From Myxococcota bacterium (GTDB lineage Bacteria; Myxococcota_A; UBA796; SXON01): a DNA stretch of 64,000 nt. Positions 50,734 through 61,074 of the stretch are shown piece after piece. Below the pieces are notes generated by a model that searched no databases, was not told where the DNA came from, and saw only the letters and a program-made list of their open reading frames with translations. Both the position numbers and the translations under genes were made by a program. Every line of letters starts with the position of its first letter. Position 1 is the first letter of the stretch. The stretch lies in assembly GCA_040386535.1 (NCBI GenBank), contig JAZKFH010000015.1, positions 64,001 to 128,000 of the forward strand, read 5' to 3'.

Positions 50734-51237
50734 TCACCCCGGCGCCGAGTACCTCAGCGGATACTCGAACCGGTCGCCGTCCGGCAGCGCGTGCGCCGGG
50801 AACTCCGCGTTCCGCAGCGCTTCCTGGACGCAGGCCTGCACCTCGGGTGTGGCGCCGCCGTCGTCCTCCACGTCCACCTTGGCGACGCGTCCCGTGCACG
50901 CCACGAGGATGGAGAGGCGCACGACGACCGAGGGGGAGTCGCCGAAACAGGCGAGGGAGGTCTGGGACGCGGCGCGCATCACCGTGCGCACGTCGCCGGG
51001 GTCGAGGCCGGCGGAGGCGACCATGTCCTCGGGGCCGACGTCGGTCGGGGGCGGGAGGCACGCCTTCTCGGCCGGCGGGCCGGCGGCGCGGGCCTTCTTC
51101 GCCTTCTTCGCCTTCTTCGGGGCGTCCGCCGTCGCGACGGGGGCGAGGGGCTCCGGTGCCGGCGGGCGCATCGTGTAGGCGACGGCGAGGAGGCCCACGA
51201 TCACGAGCGCGGCGAGGAGGAAGAGGGCGCGGCGCAC
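50734..51237 (-). CDS. Membrane-anchored AgmX/PglI C-terminal (TonB_C-like) domain protein
   Basis: N-terminal TM; GLD..DV..V......ACF, G.V..V, ACV......FP, YP. Confidence 0.68.
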   Translation of the reverse strand: MRRALFLLAALVIVGLLAVAYTMRPPAPEPLAPVATADAPKKAKKAKKARAAGPPAEKACLPPPTDVGPEDMVASAGLDPGDVRTVMRAASQTSLACFGDSPSVVVRLSILVACTGRVAKVDVEDDGGATPEVQACVQEALRNAEFPAHALPDGDRFEYPLRYSAPG

Positions 51238-51345
51238 GGAGTCTCCGGGACCCGGTGAGCGTAGCCCGGACGGCCCGGCGCGGACCTTACACCGCACGCG
51301 CGCCGGCGACGACGCGCCGCGATACCCGCCGGAGCACCTCCGAAG

Positions 51346-52281
51346 GTGTCCGTGCAGCTCCCCGACCCCGCGGCCCCCCCGCCCGCCGTGCTGCGCGTCG
51401 CCGGGCCGACCGCGCGCGTCGTGGCCCCCGGGGTGGCGCTGGTGCATGCCGACGCCCTCGCGTGGCTCGCCACCGTGCCGGATCGGAGCGTGCACGCCAT
51501 CGTGACCGACCCGCCGTACGGGCTGGTCGAGTATGCCGACACCGACCACGACAAGCTGCGCGGTGGGAAGGGCGGGGTGTGGCGCATCCCGCCCACGCTC
51601 GACGGGGTGCAGCGCGCGCCGGTGCCGCGGTTCACCGTGCTCGGGCCCAAGGAGATCAAGGCGCTGAGCGCGTTCTTCGTGAAGTCGGCCCGGGAGTGGC
51701 TCCGCGTGTTGGTGCCGGGCGGGCACGTGTTCCTCGCGTCGAACCCGCTGGTCTCGACGTCGACGTTCGCGGCCATCGCCGAGGTGGGGTTCGAGAAGCG
51801 CGGCGAGATCATCCGGCTGGTGACGACGCTGCGGGGCGGCGATCGACCGAAGGGCGCGCACGAGGAGTTCCCCGACGTGAGCGTGATGCCGCGCTCGGCG
51901 TGGGAGCCGTGGGGGCTGTTCCGCAAGCCGATGGAGGGCACGGTGGCCGAGAACCTGCGCCGCTGGGGCACCGGCGGGCTGCGGCGGCGCTCGGCCGAGG
52001 AGCCGTTCCGCGACGTGATCCCGTGCGCGCCCGCCCGCGGCGCCGAGCGCACGATCGCGCCGCACCCCTCGCTCAAGCCCCAGCGCTTCCTCCGCCAGCT
52101 CGTGCGCGCCGCGTTGCCCGTCGGGACCGGGATCGTGCTCGATCCATTTGCCGGCAGTGGCTCCACGCTGGCCGCGGCCGCGCACCTCGGCGTGTCGGCG
52201 GTGGGCGTGGAGCGGGACGCCGCGTATGTGGCGCTCGCGGTGGACGCGATTCCCAAGCTCGCGGCGCTGACCGTCCGGTAG
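51346..52281 (+). CDS. Orphan N4/N6 DNA methyltransferase (beta class)
   Basis: VTDPPY precedes HPSLKP and LDPFAGSGST. Confidence 0.9.
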   Translation: MSVQLPDPAAPPPAVLRVAGPTARVVAPGVALVHADALAWLATVPDRSVHAIVTDPPYGLVEYADTDHDKLRGGKGGVWRIPPTLDGVQRAPVPRFTVLGPKEIKALSAFFVKSAREWLRVLVPGGHVFLASNPLVSTSTFAAIAEVGFEKRGEIIRLVTTLRGGDRPKGAHEEFPDVSVMPRSAWEPWGLFRKPMEGTVAENLRRWGTGGLRRRSAEEPFRDVIPCAPARGAERTIAPHPSLKPQRFLRQLVRAALPVGTGIVLDPFAGSGSTLAAAAHLGVSAVGVERDAAYVALAVDAIPKLAALTVR

Positions 52282-52334
52282 GCGCTCCCATCCCGGACCG
52301 GACAGCCGCGCCCCCGCCGGCTACGACGCGCGTC

Positions 52335-53813
52335 ATGCTGCTGCTCCTGCTCGCGTGCACCGCCGCCGACGACGCGCCGAAGCCGGACGACACCGGGGAC
52401 ACCGGCCCCGACACCGATCCAGACGACACGGCCCCGGACGACACGGGCGCCGGCCCGGCCGTGGGCTCGGTGGCGGATGCCGACGCGATCCTCTACGGGG
52501 CGTCGTCGGATGCCGTCGGCAACGCGGTGGCGTACGCCGGGGATGACGACGGCGACGGGTACGACGCGGTCGTGGTGGGCGCCTCGTTCCCCGGGCGCAC
52601 CTGCGTGTGGCGGGGACCGCTGGCGCCGGGCTCGCACGACTTCGCGGCGCTCGAGACGTGCTGGGCTCCCGAGGGCGCGCGCGACTACGCGGGGCAGGCG
52701 GTCGACGGCGGGCGCGACGTGACGGGGGACGGCGTGCCCGATCTGCTCGTCGCCGCGATCGCCAACGGCGAGGTCGGCCCCCTCGCCGGCAAGGTGTACG
52801 TGCTCGCCGGGCCCCACGTGGGCGGCTCGCTCGCCGACGCGGAGCTGCAATTCCTCGGCGAGTCGGCCAGCGACTACGCCGGCACGGCCGTGGTCCTGCT
52901 CGGCGACATCGACGGGGACGGCGGCGGCGACCTGCTCGTGGGCGCTCCCGCCAACGACGCGGGCGGGAGCGGCGCCGGGCGCGCCTACCTCGTGCGCGGC
53001 CCGATGGAGCCGGGCACGTGGAGCGTGGGCGACGCGTGGGCCACCTTCACGGGCGAGGGGCCCTCGGCCCTGCGGCACGGCGCCCCCGCGGCGGGCGACG
53101 GCGTCGGCAGCGTGGCGTGCGGCGCGGGCGACATGAACGGGGACGGCCTCGACGACCTGGTCCTCGGCGCGAACGGCAACGAGCTCGGCGGCAACGACGC
53201 GGGGGTGGCGGCGATCTTCTTCGGGCCGGTGGGCGAGGGCGACCATCCCCTCCAGGACGCCGACCAGCTGTGGATCGGAGAGGTGCCGCTCCAGTTCGTG
53301 GGCGACGCCGTGGCCGCGGCGGGCGACCTCGACGGCGACGGGCTCGCGGACGTGCTCGTGTCGGGCGAGATGGAGGGGCCGGGGGCCGTGTGGGTGGTGT
53401 CGGGGCCGGGGCTCCCCGGGACCAACTCGATCGGCGCGGCGACGATCCGCTTCGAGGGCGAGGCGATCCTGAACTTCGCGGGCGCCGCCACCGCGGGCGC
53501 CGGGGACACCGACGGGGACGGCTGGCGCGACGTGCTGATCGGGGCCTACGGGCGCGACGTGAGCGCGATGGACGGCGAGGAGGAAGCGGGCGCCGCCTAC
53601 CTCGTGCGCGGGCCGTTCGTGCCGGGCGTGTTCGACCTGCGCGACGCGTCCCACGCCTGGCACGGGCACGCCCCGGGCGACGAGGCCGGGCGCGCGGTGG
53701 CGGGCGGCGGCGACCTCGACGGGGATGGCCGCAGCGATGTGGTCGTGGCCGCGCCCTACTCCGACACCGGCGGCGCGTTCGGCGGCGAGGTCTACGCCTT
53801 CTTCGGGCCCTGA
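52335..53813 (+). CDS. FG-GAP (integrin-alpha-like) repeat lipoprotein
   Basis: MLLLLLAC; multiple AGD.DGDG..D.LVGAP repeats. Confidence 0.88.
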   Translation: MLLLLLACTAADDAPKPDDTGDTGPDTDPDDTAPDDTGAGPAVGSVADADAILYGASSDAVGNAVAYAGDDDGDGYDAVVVGASFPGRTCVWRGPLAPGSHDFAALETCWAPEGARDYAGQAVDGGRDVTGDGVPDLLVAAIANGEVGPLAGKVYVLAGPHVGGSLADAELQFLGESASDYAGTAVVLLGDIDGDGGGDLLVGAPANDAGGSGAGRAYLVRGPMEPGTWSVGDAWATFTGEGPSALRHGAPAAGDGVGSVACGAGDMNGDGLDDLVLGANGNELGGNDAGVAAIFFGPVGEGDHPLQDADQLWIGEVPLQFVGDAVAAAGDLDGDGLADVLVSGEMEGPGAVWVVSGPGLPGTNSIGAATIRFEGEAILNFAGAATAGAGDTDGDGWRDVLIGAYGRDVSAMDGEEEAGAAYLVRGPFVPGVFDLRDASHAWHGHAPGDEAGRAVAGGGDLDGDGRSDVVVAAPYSDTGGAFGGEVYAFFGP

Positions 53814-55027
53814 GCCTTCGGGCCTTGAGGCGCCCGGCGGCGCCGCAGCCCCGCGAGTCCCATCAACAGCCCCGCCACGCCCGTCTCCGCGCCCGACCCG
53901 CCGCACCCGCACGTCGTCGCCTCTTCCTCGACGACCGGCGGCACGATGATCGTGTCGCACTGGCCGCCGCCGTAGGAGCCGGCCACCTGCCACGCGGAGA
54001 GCAGGGGGTCACACGTGGCCGAGGCGCACGCGGCGGGCAACGTGTCCTCGAGGCACGCCAGGGGCGTCCAGGTGTGGCCGTCCGTCGTGCTCGAGAGGTC
54101 GAAGCCGTCCTGCAGGTGGTCGCCACACGCGTAGCCGACGCCGCCGACGGTGCCCCCGCAGCGCACGGCGGGCACGTCGGCGCTCACCTCGGCCCAGGTG
54201 CCGCCGTCGTCCTCGGAGCGCCAGGTGCGCGCGCCCTGCACGGAGCCGAGGAGCAGCGCCCCGTCGAGCGTGAGCAGGCCGGGGGTGGAGTCGGTGTACC
54301 AGCCGGTCTCGAAGGTGGACGTGAACGTCGTCCCGCCGTCGTCACTCACGAGGAGCTCGGGTGTGTCGTCCGCGGTGCGGGTGCGCCGCCACACGAGCAG
54401 GCGGTCGCCCTCCGCGCGGAGCACACGGGGGTCCGTGTCGCCGTCGGGCCAGGCGTGCGCCAGGGTCCACGCCACGCCGTCATCCGAGCGCCAGAGCTCG
54501 CTCGCCAACGTGTCGACGTACACGACGGTCACCCACGCCCGCGTGCCGTCCGTCAGGGCGGACTTGGGGAACAGGCCGGGCGCCATCAGCTCGGTGGCGG
54601 CGCATCCGTCGGCATCGCACGACCATACGCCACCCGCGTCCCCCGCGATGCCGAGCGCGAGCCAGCGCGCGCCGTAGCCGGTGACGGCAGGGAAGTAGGT
54701 GCCCTCGGGCACGCCGGGCTGGAGGGTGGTCGTGCAGTCCGCCGCGACCGTCCGCAGGCCGCTGCGCGTGGCGACGACCGCGGTGCCGGGCCCGGTGGCG
54801 AGCACACCGTACAGATCGGCGCCGCCCAGCGCCTCCTCGCACAACCAGCCCCAGGACGCGCCGCCGTCCGTCGTGTGGGCGAGGCCCCACCCGTCCGTGA
54901 GCACCCAGATCTCGGCGGGATCGGCGGGCAACACGCTCACCGCCGTGGCGCCGAACGAGGCGCCGTGCCCGAAGGAGACCGGGACGAGCATCTGCAGCAG
55001 CATCTGGAAGTGCAACGAGAGGAGCAT
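53792..55027 (-). CDS. BNR/Asp-box repeat protein with MYXO-CTERM-like tail
   Basis: TTDGGASW, SDDG..W, SDDGGTTF; CGCGG...GLLMGLAGLRRRR. Confidence 0.8.
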   Translation of the reverse strand: MLLSLHFQMLLQMLVPVSFGHGASFGATAVSVLPADPAEIWVLTDGWGLAHTTDGGASWGWLCEEALGGADLYGVLATGPGTAVVATRSGLRTVAADCTTTLQPGVPEGTYFPAVTGYGARWLALGIAGDAGGVWSCDADGCAATELMAPGLFPKSALTDGTRAWVTVVYVDTLASELWRSDDGVAWTLAHAWPDGDTDPRVLRAEGDRLLVWRRTRTADDTPELLVSDDGGTTFTSTFETGWYTDSTPGLLTLDGALLLGSVQGARTWRSEDDGGTWAEVSADVPAVRCGGTVGGVGYACGDHLQDGFDLSSTTDGHTWTPLACLEDTLPAACASATCDPLLSAWQVAGSYGGGQCDTIIVPPVVEEEATTCGCGGSGAETGVAGLLMGLAGLRRRRAPQGPKAQGPKKA

Positions 55028-55103
55028 CGAGATGTGCGGGATCCTGCCCGGATCGGCTAACCACCTGAAGCCGCGCGGACATGGACGCGCGGTCGGAGGC
55101 GGC

Positions 55104-55961
55104 GTGCGCGGACTGTTGCTCGGGGTGTGGCTGGTCGGATGTACGGGGGAGGTGCCGGACGACACGGCGCCCGGGGCCTGTGACACGCCCGAGGCCGTGT
55201 CCGCCTACGCGGTCGAGTGGGAGACCGATCCGGGCCCCGCCGAGGCGGGCGTCGAGACCGAGTTCACCCTGCGCGTCCGCGACCAGCGCGGCTGCCCCAT
55301 CGAGGATCTGCAGGCGGCGCACGAGCGTTTCGTCCACACGCTGCTCATCAGCACGGACCTGGCGTCGTTCCAGCACCTGCACCACGAGGACTCCCTCGCG
55401 CTCACCGCCGAGGATCTCCGCAGCTCCACCTGGCACTTTCCGGTCACGTTCCCCGCCGCGGGCGACTACCGCCTCGTGTTCGACTACGCGCACCAGAACA
55501 AGTACCTGACCAGCACCGACTGGATGACCGTCGGCGGCGCGCCCACCCAGGCCGCCACGCCCGCGCTCGACTACTCGCTGGAGCGCACCGTGGGCGACCT
55601 CGTCGTCACGATGCGGTGGGATGTCCCGCCCTCCGCCGGGTACGAGGCCTCGTGGACCACGACCGTCCGCACGGCCGACGGCACCGACGTGACCGATCTG
55701 GTCCAGTGGCTCGGGGCCGACGCGCACGCCGCCGTCGCGACCGCCGACCTCGAGTGGGTCAGCCACACGCACGCGTGGTTCCCCGACATGGAGAACGTCG
55801 CGCCGGGCCACGAGATGCCCCACATCTACCTCGGGCCCGAGCTGCCGTTCCACTACACGTTCCCCAACGCCGGCCCGCACAAGGTGTGGGTGCAGTTCGT
55901 GCGCGAAGACGCGCCGGACGCGCCGTACGTGGCGGAGTTCGCGTTCGATGTGGCGCCGTAG
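55104..55961 (+). CDS. His-rich two-domain lipoprotein, putative metal-binding
   Basis: GGAGG RBS; WLVGC; HERFVH...DL..FQHLH and LGADAH...HTH; FP..G.Y/H..W.QF. Confidence 0.72.
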   Translation: MRGLLLGVWLVGCTGEVPDDTAPGACDTPEAVSAYAVEWETDPGPAEAGVETEFTLRVRDQRGCPIEDLQAAHERFVHTLLISTDLASFQHLHHEDSLALTAEDLRSSTWHFPVTFPAAGDYRLVFDYAHQNKYLTSTDWMTVGGAPTQAATPALDYSLERTVGDLVVTMRWDVPPSAGYEASWTTTVRTADGTDVTDLVQWLGADAHAAVATADLEWVSHTHAWFPDMENVAPGHEMPHIYLGPELPFHYTFPNAGPHKVWVQFVREDAPDAPYVAEFAFDVAP

Positions 55962-55982
55962 GGATCTTGGGGCGGGGAGGAT

Positions 55983-56016
55983 TCTTGGGGCAGGGGCTCC
56001 GCCCCCGCAACGCCCC
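55983..56016. repeat. REP-like hairpin element, copy 2 (intergenic)
   Basis: TCTTGGGGCAGGGGCTCCGCCCCCGCAACGCCCC. Confidence 0.55.
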
Positions 56017-56112
56017 GGAGCCACGTGATTTGAACTTCGCGCGTTCTCGCTCGAATTCGTCCAGCCCTGTAAGCGCTCCCTCCGCCGGTCGTTCTCGCGC
56101 CCGAGGTTCCCC

Positions 56113-57756
56113 ATGAAGCGCTGGATTCCGCTCGCCCTGCTCCTCGCCGCTTGCTCGCAGGACGGGCCGTCCGCCACTGCAACGAGCGCCCCGGCCCCCG
56201 CGCCCCGGAAGGAGAAGGCTGACACCGGCATGCCGGCTCCGGCGTCCCCCCAGAAGGCGCCCGCCCGCATGAAGCAGGGGGCCCGGGGGCCGAGCGACCC
56301 CGTCTCCGAGCCCGCGCCCGCGCCCACGACCACGACCGGGGGCTACATGGGCGTGGACGACTTCACGCAGGAACAGAGCCTCGAGGACCGGCAGGGCCGC
56401 ATGAAGACCCGCCGCGAAGACGGCGACAAGAGCGAGACGAAGCGGCCCGAGGCCCCCCGCGCGACCACCGAGTTCGGCGGCAAGGTGTACCTCTCGAACG
56501 ACGACACGATGAGCCTCGCCAGCGCCCAGCGCGTGCTCTGGTCCGTATCCGAGGGCCGCGCGGTCGCCTCCTCCGAGCTGCGCCCCCACGAGCTCCTGAA
56601 CTACTTCACCTTCGAGGCCCCCACCATCACGAAGGCTGCCACGTTCGGCGTCGGCGCCTCCGCCGTCCGCACCGCCGACGGCGTGGCGCTGGCCCTCACC
56701 GTCACCGGCGCCAGCCCCCAGCGCCGCCCGCTCGACCTGACCGTGCTGCTCGACCGCTCGGGCTCCATGGAGGGCGAGCGCATGACGCTCGTGAAGCGCG
56801 GCCTGACCCGCATGGTCGACCGCCTGCACGTCGGCGACCGCGTGAACGTCGTGTTGTTCGACGACAAGGTCGACGTCGTGCGGAAGGGCTTCCAGGTCGG
56901 CACGGACGACCTCGACGATCTGCGCCTCCTGTTCGAGGACGTGACCCCGCGCGGCAGCACCAACCTCGACGCCGGGCTGGAGGCCGCCTATGCGCTGGTG
57001 CGCAGCCGCGATCTGAAGGGACGCGACGCGCGCGTGTTGGTCGTCACCGACGCGCGGATCACCGCCGGTGACCTCGACGCCGCCCGCGTGAGCGAGATCG
57101 CGCGCGCCTTCGACGAGAGCCGCGTGCGCCTCGCCGCCATCGGCGTGGGCGACGACGTGGACGACCGCGTGCTCCAGCAGCTCACCGAGAAGGGCCGTGG
57201 CGCCTACGTGTTCCTGGGCAGCGAGAAGGTGGTCGACCGGGTGTTCGGGAGCGGCTTCGATGCGCTGGTGAACGTGGTGGCCGACGACGTGCGCTTCGCC
57301 CTCGACCTGCCGGACTCGCTCGGCATGAGCCGCTTCTACGGCGAGGAGATGAGCACGACCAAGGCCGACGTGCAGCCCGTCAGCTTCTTCGCGGGCAGCA
57401 CGCAGGTGTTCCTCCAGGACCTGAAGGTGGCCGAGGGCGGCTACGGCAAGAGCGACCCGCTCGTGCTCGACCTGGCGTGGCGCGATCCGCTCACCGGCAA
57501 GGACCGCACGCAGCGGTGGACCAGCACGCTCGGGGCCGCGCTCGGCGGCGATCTGTCGAACGTGACCAAGGCCCGCGCGCTGATGGCGTGGACCGATCTG
57601 GTGCGTGTCGGCTCCAACGACTGCACCCGCGAGAAGAAGGAGTGGCAGGGCCGCGCGAAGACCTTCGGGGGCGACACCGAGACCCGCTACCTCGACGGGC
57701 TCGTGGCGAGCTGGTGCCCGGTGAGCCGCGGCGGGGCGATCGCCGAGGCGGAGTAG
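56113..57756 (+). CDS. VWA-domain lipoprotein (YfbK-like)
   Basis: LLAAC; ELLNYF, DRSGSM MIDAS, GSTN, VTD, IGVG. Confidence 0.85.
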   Translation: MKRWIPLALLLAACSQDGPSATATSAPAPAPRKEKADTGMPAPASPQKAPARMKQGARGPSDPVSEPAPAPTTTTGGYMGVDDFTQEQSLEDRQGRMKTRREDGDKSETKRPEAPRATTEFGGKVYLSNDDTMSLASAQRVLWSVSEGRAVASSELRPHELLNYFTFEAPTITKAATFGVGASAVRTADGVALALTVTGASPQRRPLDLTVLLDRSGSMEGERMTLVKRGLTRMVDRLHVGDRVNVVLFDDKVDVVRKGFQVGTDDLDDLRLLFEDVTPRGSTNLDAGLEAAYALVRSRDLKGRDARVLVVTDARITAGDLDAARVSEIARAFDESRVRLAAIGVGDDVDDRVLQQLTEKGRGAYVFLGSEKVVDRVFGSGFDALVNVVADDVRFALDLPDSLGMSRFYGEEMSTTKADVQPVSFFAGSTQVFLQDLKVAEGGYGKSDPLVLDLAWRDPLTGKDRTQRWTSTLGAALGGDLSNVTKARALMAWTDLVRVGSNDCTREKKEWQGRAKTFGGDTETRYLDGLVASWCPVSRGGAIAEAE

Positions 57757-57790
57757 GCGCCGCACCCATCCGAGCGGATAGCCCCCCCGG

Positions 57791-58699
57791 ATGCCCGTGC
57801 CGCTCGACCTGAACTACCACCACCTGCGGCTGTTCTGGGCGGTGGTGAAGGAGGGCGGGGTTGCGCGCGCGGCCAAGCGGCTCGGCCTCTCGCAGCCCAC
57901 CGTGTCCGGCCAGCTGCGGACCCTCGCGGAGCAGGTCGGCACCCCGCTGTTCACCCGCGCGGGGCGCACGCTCGAGCTCACCGACACCGGGCGGGTCGTG
58001 TTCCGGTATGCCGACGAGATCTTCTCCCTCGGGCGCGAGCTCGCGGCGGTGCTCGCCCAGGGCGGGGTGGACCACCCCGTCGTGACCGTCGGCGTGGCCG
58101 AGGCCGTGCCGAAGATGCTCGCGCACCGCCTGCTCGCGCCGGTGCTCCTGCTGCCCCAGCGCCCCCGGCTCGTGGTGCACGAGGACCGCACCGACCGCCT
58201 GCTCGCCGAGGTGGCCGTCCACCGGCTCGATTTCGTGCTCACCGACACGCCGATGCACCCCGCGATCAAGGTCAAGGCGTGGCACCACGGCCTCGGCGAG
58301 TCCCCGGTCGTGTGTGTGGCCGAGCCCGCGCTCGCCGCGCGCCTGCGCCCCAGCTTCCCCGCCTCGCTCGACGGCGCGCCGCTGCTCCTCCCCACCGAGC
58401 AGGCGGCGGTGCGCCGCTCCCTCGACGTGTGGTTCGAGGAGAACGGCTTGCGCCCGGACATCGTCGCCGAGCTCGACGACAGCGCGCTGATGAAGACCTT
58501 CGGCGCCTCCGGGGCCGGCGCCTTCTTCGTGAGCGAGGCCGTGCTCCCCGCCGTGGAGGCCTTGTACGGCGTGGAGCGGGTGGGCGCGGTCCCGGCGGTG
58601 CGCGAGCGCTACTACGCCATCTCGGTGGAGCGGCGTGTGCGCCACCCCGCGGTGGTGGCGCTGATGGAAGCGGCGGGGTCGGTGCTGCGGCAGCGCTGA
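57791..58699 (+). CDS. nhaR: LysR-family regulator, NhaR-like
   Basis: LNYHHL.LFW.V.KEG, QPTVSGQL, YADEIF.LG.EL, DDSALMK.FG, ER...HP. Confidence 0.85.
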   Translation: MPVPLDLNYHHLRLFWAVVKEGGVARAAKRLGLSQPTVSGQLRTLAEQVGTPLFTRAGRTLELTDTGRVVFRYADEIFSLGRELAAVLAQGGVDHPVVTVGVAEAVPKMLAHRLLAPVLLLPQRPRLVVHEDRTDRLLAEVAVHRLDFVLTDTPMHPAIKVKAWHHGLGESPVVCVAEPALAARLRPSFPASLDGAPLLLPTEQAAVRRSLDVWFEENGLRPDIVAELDDSALMKTFGASGAGAFFVSEAVLPAVEALYGVERVGAVPAVRERYYAISVERRVRHPAVVALMEAAGSVLRQR

Positions 58700-58712
58700 C
58701 GGGGGTGGGCGC

Positions 58713-59669
58713 TCACGAGGCGTTGCGGCGCGGCGTGGTCGTGGAGGCCCGCGTCGCGAGCAGGGAGGCCACGATCGAGCCGACCACGAGCGTGGCGACC
58801 ACGCCGAGCGACACCGGCGTGGGGATCTTGAACCACTCGACGATCGACATCTTCACGCCGACGAACACCAGCACCAGGGCCAGGCCGGTCTTGAGGTACA
58901 CGAAGCGCGGCACGATGTCGGCGAGGAGGAAGTACATCGAGCGGAGGCCGAGGATGGCGAAGATGTTCGAGGTGAAGACGATGAACGGGTCGGTCGTGAC
59001 CGCGAAGATGGCGGGGATCGAGTCGACCGCGAACACGAGGTCGGCGAGCTCGATGAGCACGAGCACGAAGAACAGGGGTGTCGCGAGGCGGCGGCCGCCC
59101 TCGACCGTGAAGAAGTGGTCGCCCCGGTAGCCGTCGGTGCTCGGAATCCAGCGGCGCAGGAGGGTGAGGATGCGGTTCTGCGTCACGTCGGCCTCCGGCG
59201 CGTCGCGCTGCCAGAGCATCTTGAGGCCCGTGAAGACCAGGAAGCCGCCGAAGATGTAGATCACCCAGTGGAAGCGGGTGATGAGCGCCGCGCCCGCGAA
59301 GATGAAGATCGCGCGCATCACGAGCGCGCCGAACACGCCCCAGAACAGCACGCGGTGCTGGTAGGCCGCGGGGACCGCGAAGGCGCCGAACACGGCCACG
59401 AACACGAACAGGTTGTCGACCGCGAGCGATTTTTCGATGGCGTAGCCGGTGAGGAATTCGATCGCCTTCTGCGAGCCGTACCAGTGGTCGACCAGCCCGG
59501 CGAACCCGAACGCGCACACCACCCAGACGACGCTCCAGCCGAGCGCCTCCCGGAACGACACCGTGTGAGACTTGCGGTGGAACACCCCCAGATCGAGAGT
59601 GAGCATGAACACGACGAACAGTAGAAAGCCGGCCCACATTGCGGGCGAGCCGATGCCGAGCAGATCCAC
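58713..59669 (-). CDS. TerC/Alx-family membrane protein
   Basis: EKSLAVDNLFVF, QHRVLFWG, D..FAVDSIPA, SNIFAILGLRSMYF. Confidence 0.93.
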   Translation of the reverse strand: MDLLGIGSPAMWAGFLLFVVFMLTLDLGVFHRKSHTVSFREALGWSVVWVVCAFGFAGLVDHWYGSQKAIEFLTGYAIEKSLAVDNLFVFVAVFGAFAVPAAYQHRVLFWGVFGALVMRAIFIFAGAALITRFHWVIYIFGGFLVFTGLKMLWQRDAPEADVTQNRILTLLRRWIPSTDGYRGDHFFTVEGGRRLATPLFFVLVLIELADLVFAVDSIPAIFAVTTDPFIVFTSNIFAILGLRSMYFLLADIVPRFVYLKTGLALVLVFVGVKMSIVEWFKIPTPVSLGVVATLVVGSIVASLLATRASTTTPRRNAS

Positions 59670-59712
59670 GGTGACTCCAGTCGGCCCTTAGATACGATCC
59701 GGGGATGAATCG

Positions 59713-59759
59713 GACGAATCGATTCGTCATGAGCGATACATCGATTGTTTCGATGTATC
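59713..59759. promoter_or_regulatory. Two palindromes, probable LysR-type operator upstream of terC
   Basis: GACGAATCGATTCGTC and GATACATCGA-TTGTT-TCGATGTATC (contains T-N11-A). Confidence 0.6.
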
Positions 59760-59823
59760 CGGAGCTCGTCCGAACTCCCGCGCCGGGGTCTTCGCTTATA
59801 GGGACCGGCCCGAGAGGTGAACC

Positions 59824-60285
59824 ATGCTGCCAGCCCTCGTGCTGCTCACCGACGCGAACGGGCGGATCCTCCACGCCAACGATCCGGCGCGCGCCGTGCT
59901 CGGGCCGTGCGTGGAGCGTCAGTGTTGTGAGCTCCTCCAGACCGACTGCACGGCGGCCGACCCCGCCGCCGGCGGCTACCACGAGGTCGGGAACGTCACG
60001 ACGAACGGGATCGTCGGGCATGTGGCGCGCTCGGAGATGGGCGAGCAGTTCGTCCTCGTGGTCCAGCCGCGCGCGGTGGCCGCCCACGACCTTCAGCCGC
60101 TGACGCCCCGGGAACGCGAGATCCTCCATTGGGTGTCACGTGGCCTCACCGACGTGGCGGTGGCAGAGCGGATCGGCCTCCAGCCGAGCACCGTGCGCTC
60201 CCACATGGAGAGCGTGCGCCGCAAGTTGAAGGTCCGGAGCCGCTCCCAGGCCATCGCCCGGGCGACCGCGGCCGGCATCCTGTAG
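59824..60285 (+). CDS. LuxR-family HTH regulator with short PAS-like N-terminus
   Basis: LTDANGRILHAN; LTPREREIL, TVRSHM...RRKL. Confidence 0.85.
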   Translation: MLPALVLLTDANGRILHANDPARAVLGPCVERQCCELLQTDCTAADPAAGGYHEVGNVTTNGIVGHVARSEMGEQFVLVVQPRAVAAHDLQPLTPREREILHWVSRGLTDVAVAERIGLQPSTVRSHMESVRRKLKVRSRSQAIARATAAGIL

Positions 60286-60315
60286 CAGGCATGCGGCTTG
60301 CAACGAGCGGCCTGC

Positions 60316-61071
60316 ATGAGCATCCGCCTCGATCACCTCGGCCACAGCGGGCTCCGCGTCCAGATCGGCGGCGCGACCCTCGCCGTCGACGCCCCGGTGC
60401 GCGTCGACGATCCGCTCGTGGTCACGTGGACCGAGCGTGAGCGCGTGGCCGGCGCCGTCGCGCGTGGCAAGGGCACGGGCGGGATCGCACTCGCCGCCGC
60501 GCCTCCGGTGCTCGCCTGGCTCGGCCTCCCGGGCACCGTGCTCGGTGAGACCTGGCCCACGTCGTTCCACGGCTTCCTCCTCCAGGCCCGGCCCTTCACC
60601 CCCATCCCCTACGCCACGGCGCCCGAGGCGCTCCGCAAGCTGTGGTCGGCCGTCCGTGCCCCGACACGCGCCGCGTCGCGGGTCGCGTTCACGCTCGGTC
60701 GCCCCTCCACGCCGCCCCTCGCGCTGACGATCGAGCGTGGCGGCGTGCGCGTGGCCCTGCTCTCCCAGGCCCTCCATCGTTTTCTCGCCCCTGCCGACCT
60801 CGCGGCGCTCGTGCTCTGGGCCGGCCCCGTCGATCTCGTCGTCGCCGGGACCGACTATGACGACGAGGCCGCCACCGGCGCGATGATCGGCGCCTTCGAC
60901 GCCCGCGTGCGCGTCGTCGCCGACCTCACGGGCTCGATCCGGCGCGCCCTCGGGCTGCCCGTCCGCCCGCTGGAGGTGGCGCTCCGCGCCGCGCCGCCGG
61001 GCACCCGTGCGCTCGAGGCGGGGGGCACCCTCGACGTGCCGAGGGATCTCGCCTCGGCGGCATCGAGGTAG
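60316..61071 (+). CDS. Hypothetical protein, degenerate MBL-like N-terminus
   Basis: HLGHSGLRV...LAVDAP; no HxHxDH; AGGCAT-N5-TTGCA sigma54-like site at 60287-60302. Confidence 0.55.
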   Translation: MSIRLDHLGHSGLRVQIGGATLAVDAPVRVDDPLVVTWTERERVAGAVARGKGTGGIALAAAPPVLAWLGLPGTVLGETWPTSFHGFLLQARPFTPIPYATAPEALRKLWSAVRAPTRAASRVAFTLGRPSTPPLALTIERGGVRVALLSQALHRFLAPADLAALVLWAGPVDLVVAGTDYDDEAATGAMIGAFDARVRVVADLTGSIRRALGLPVRPLEVALRAAPPGTRALEAGGTLDVPRDLASAASR

Positions 61072-61074
61072 CGC

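Noticed and set aside
59670..59820. yybP-ykoY riboswitch before terC
   Set aside because: Not recognisable by eye; the region looks like DNA operators. An Rfam scan would settle it
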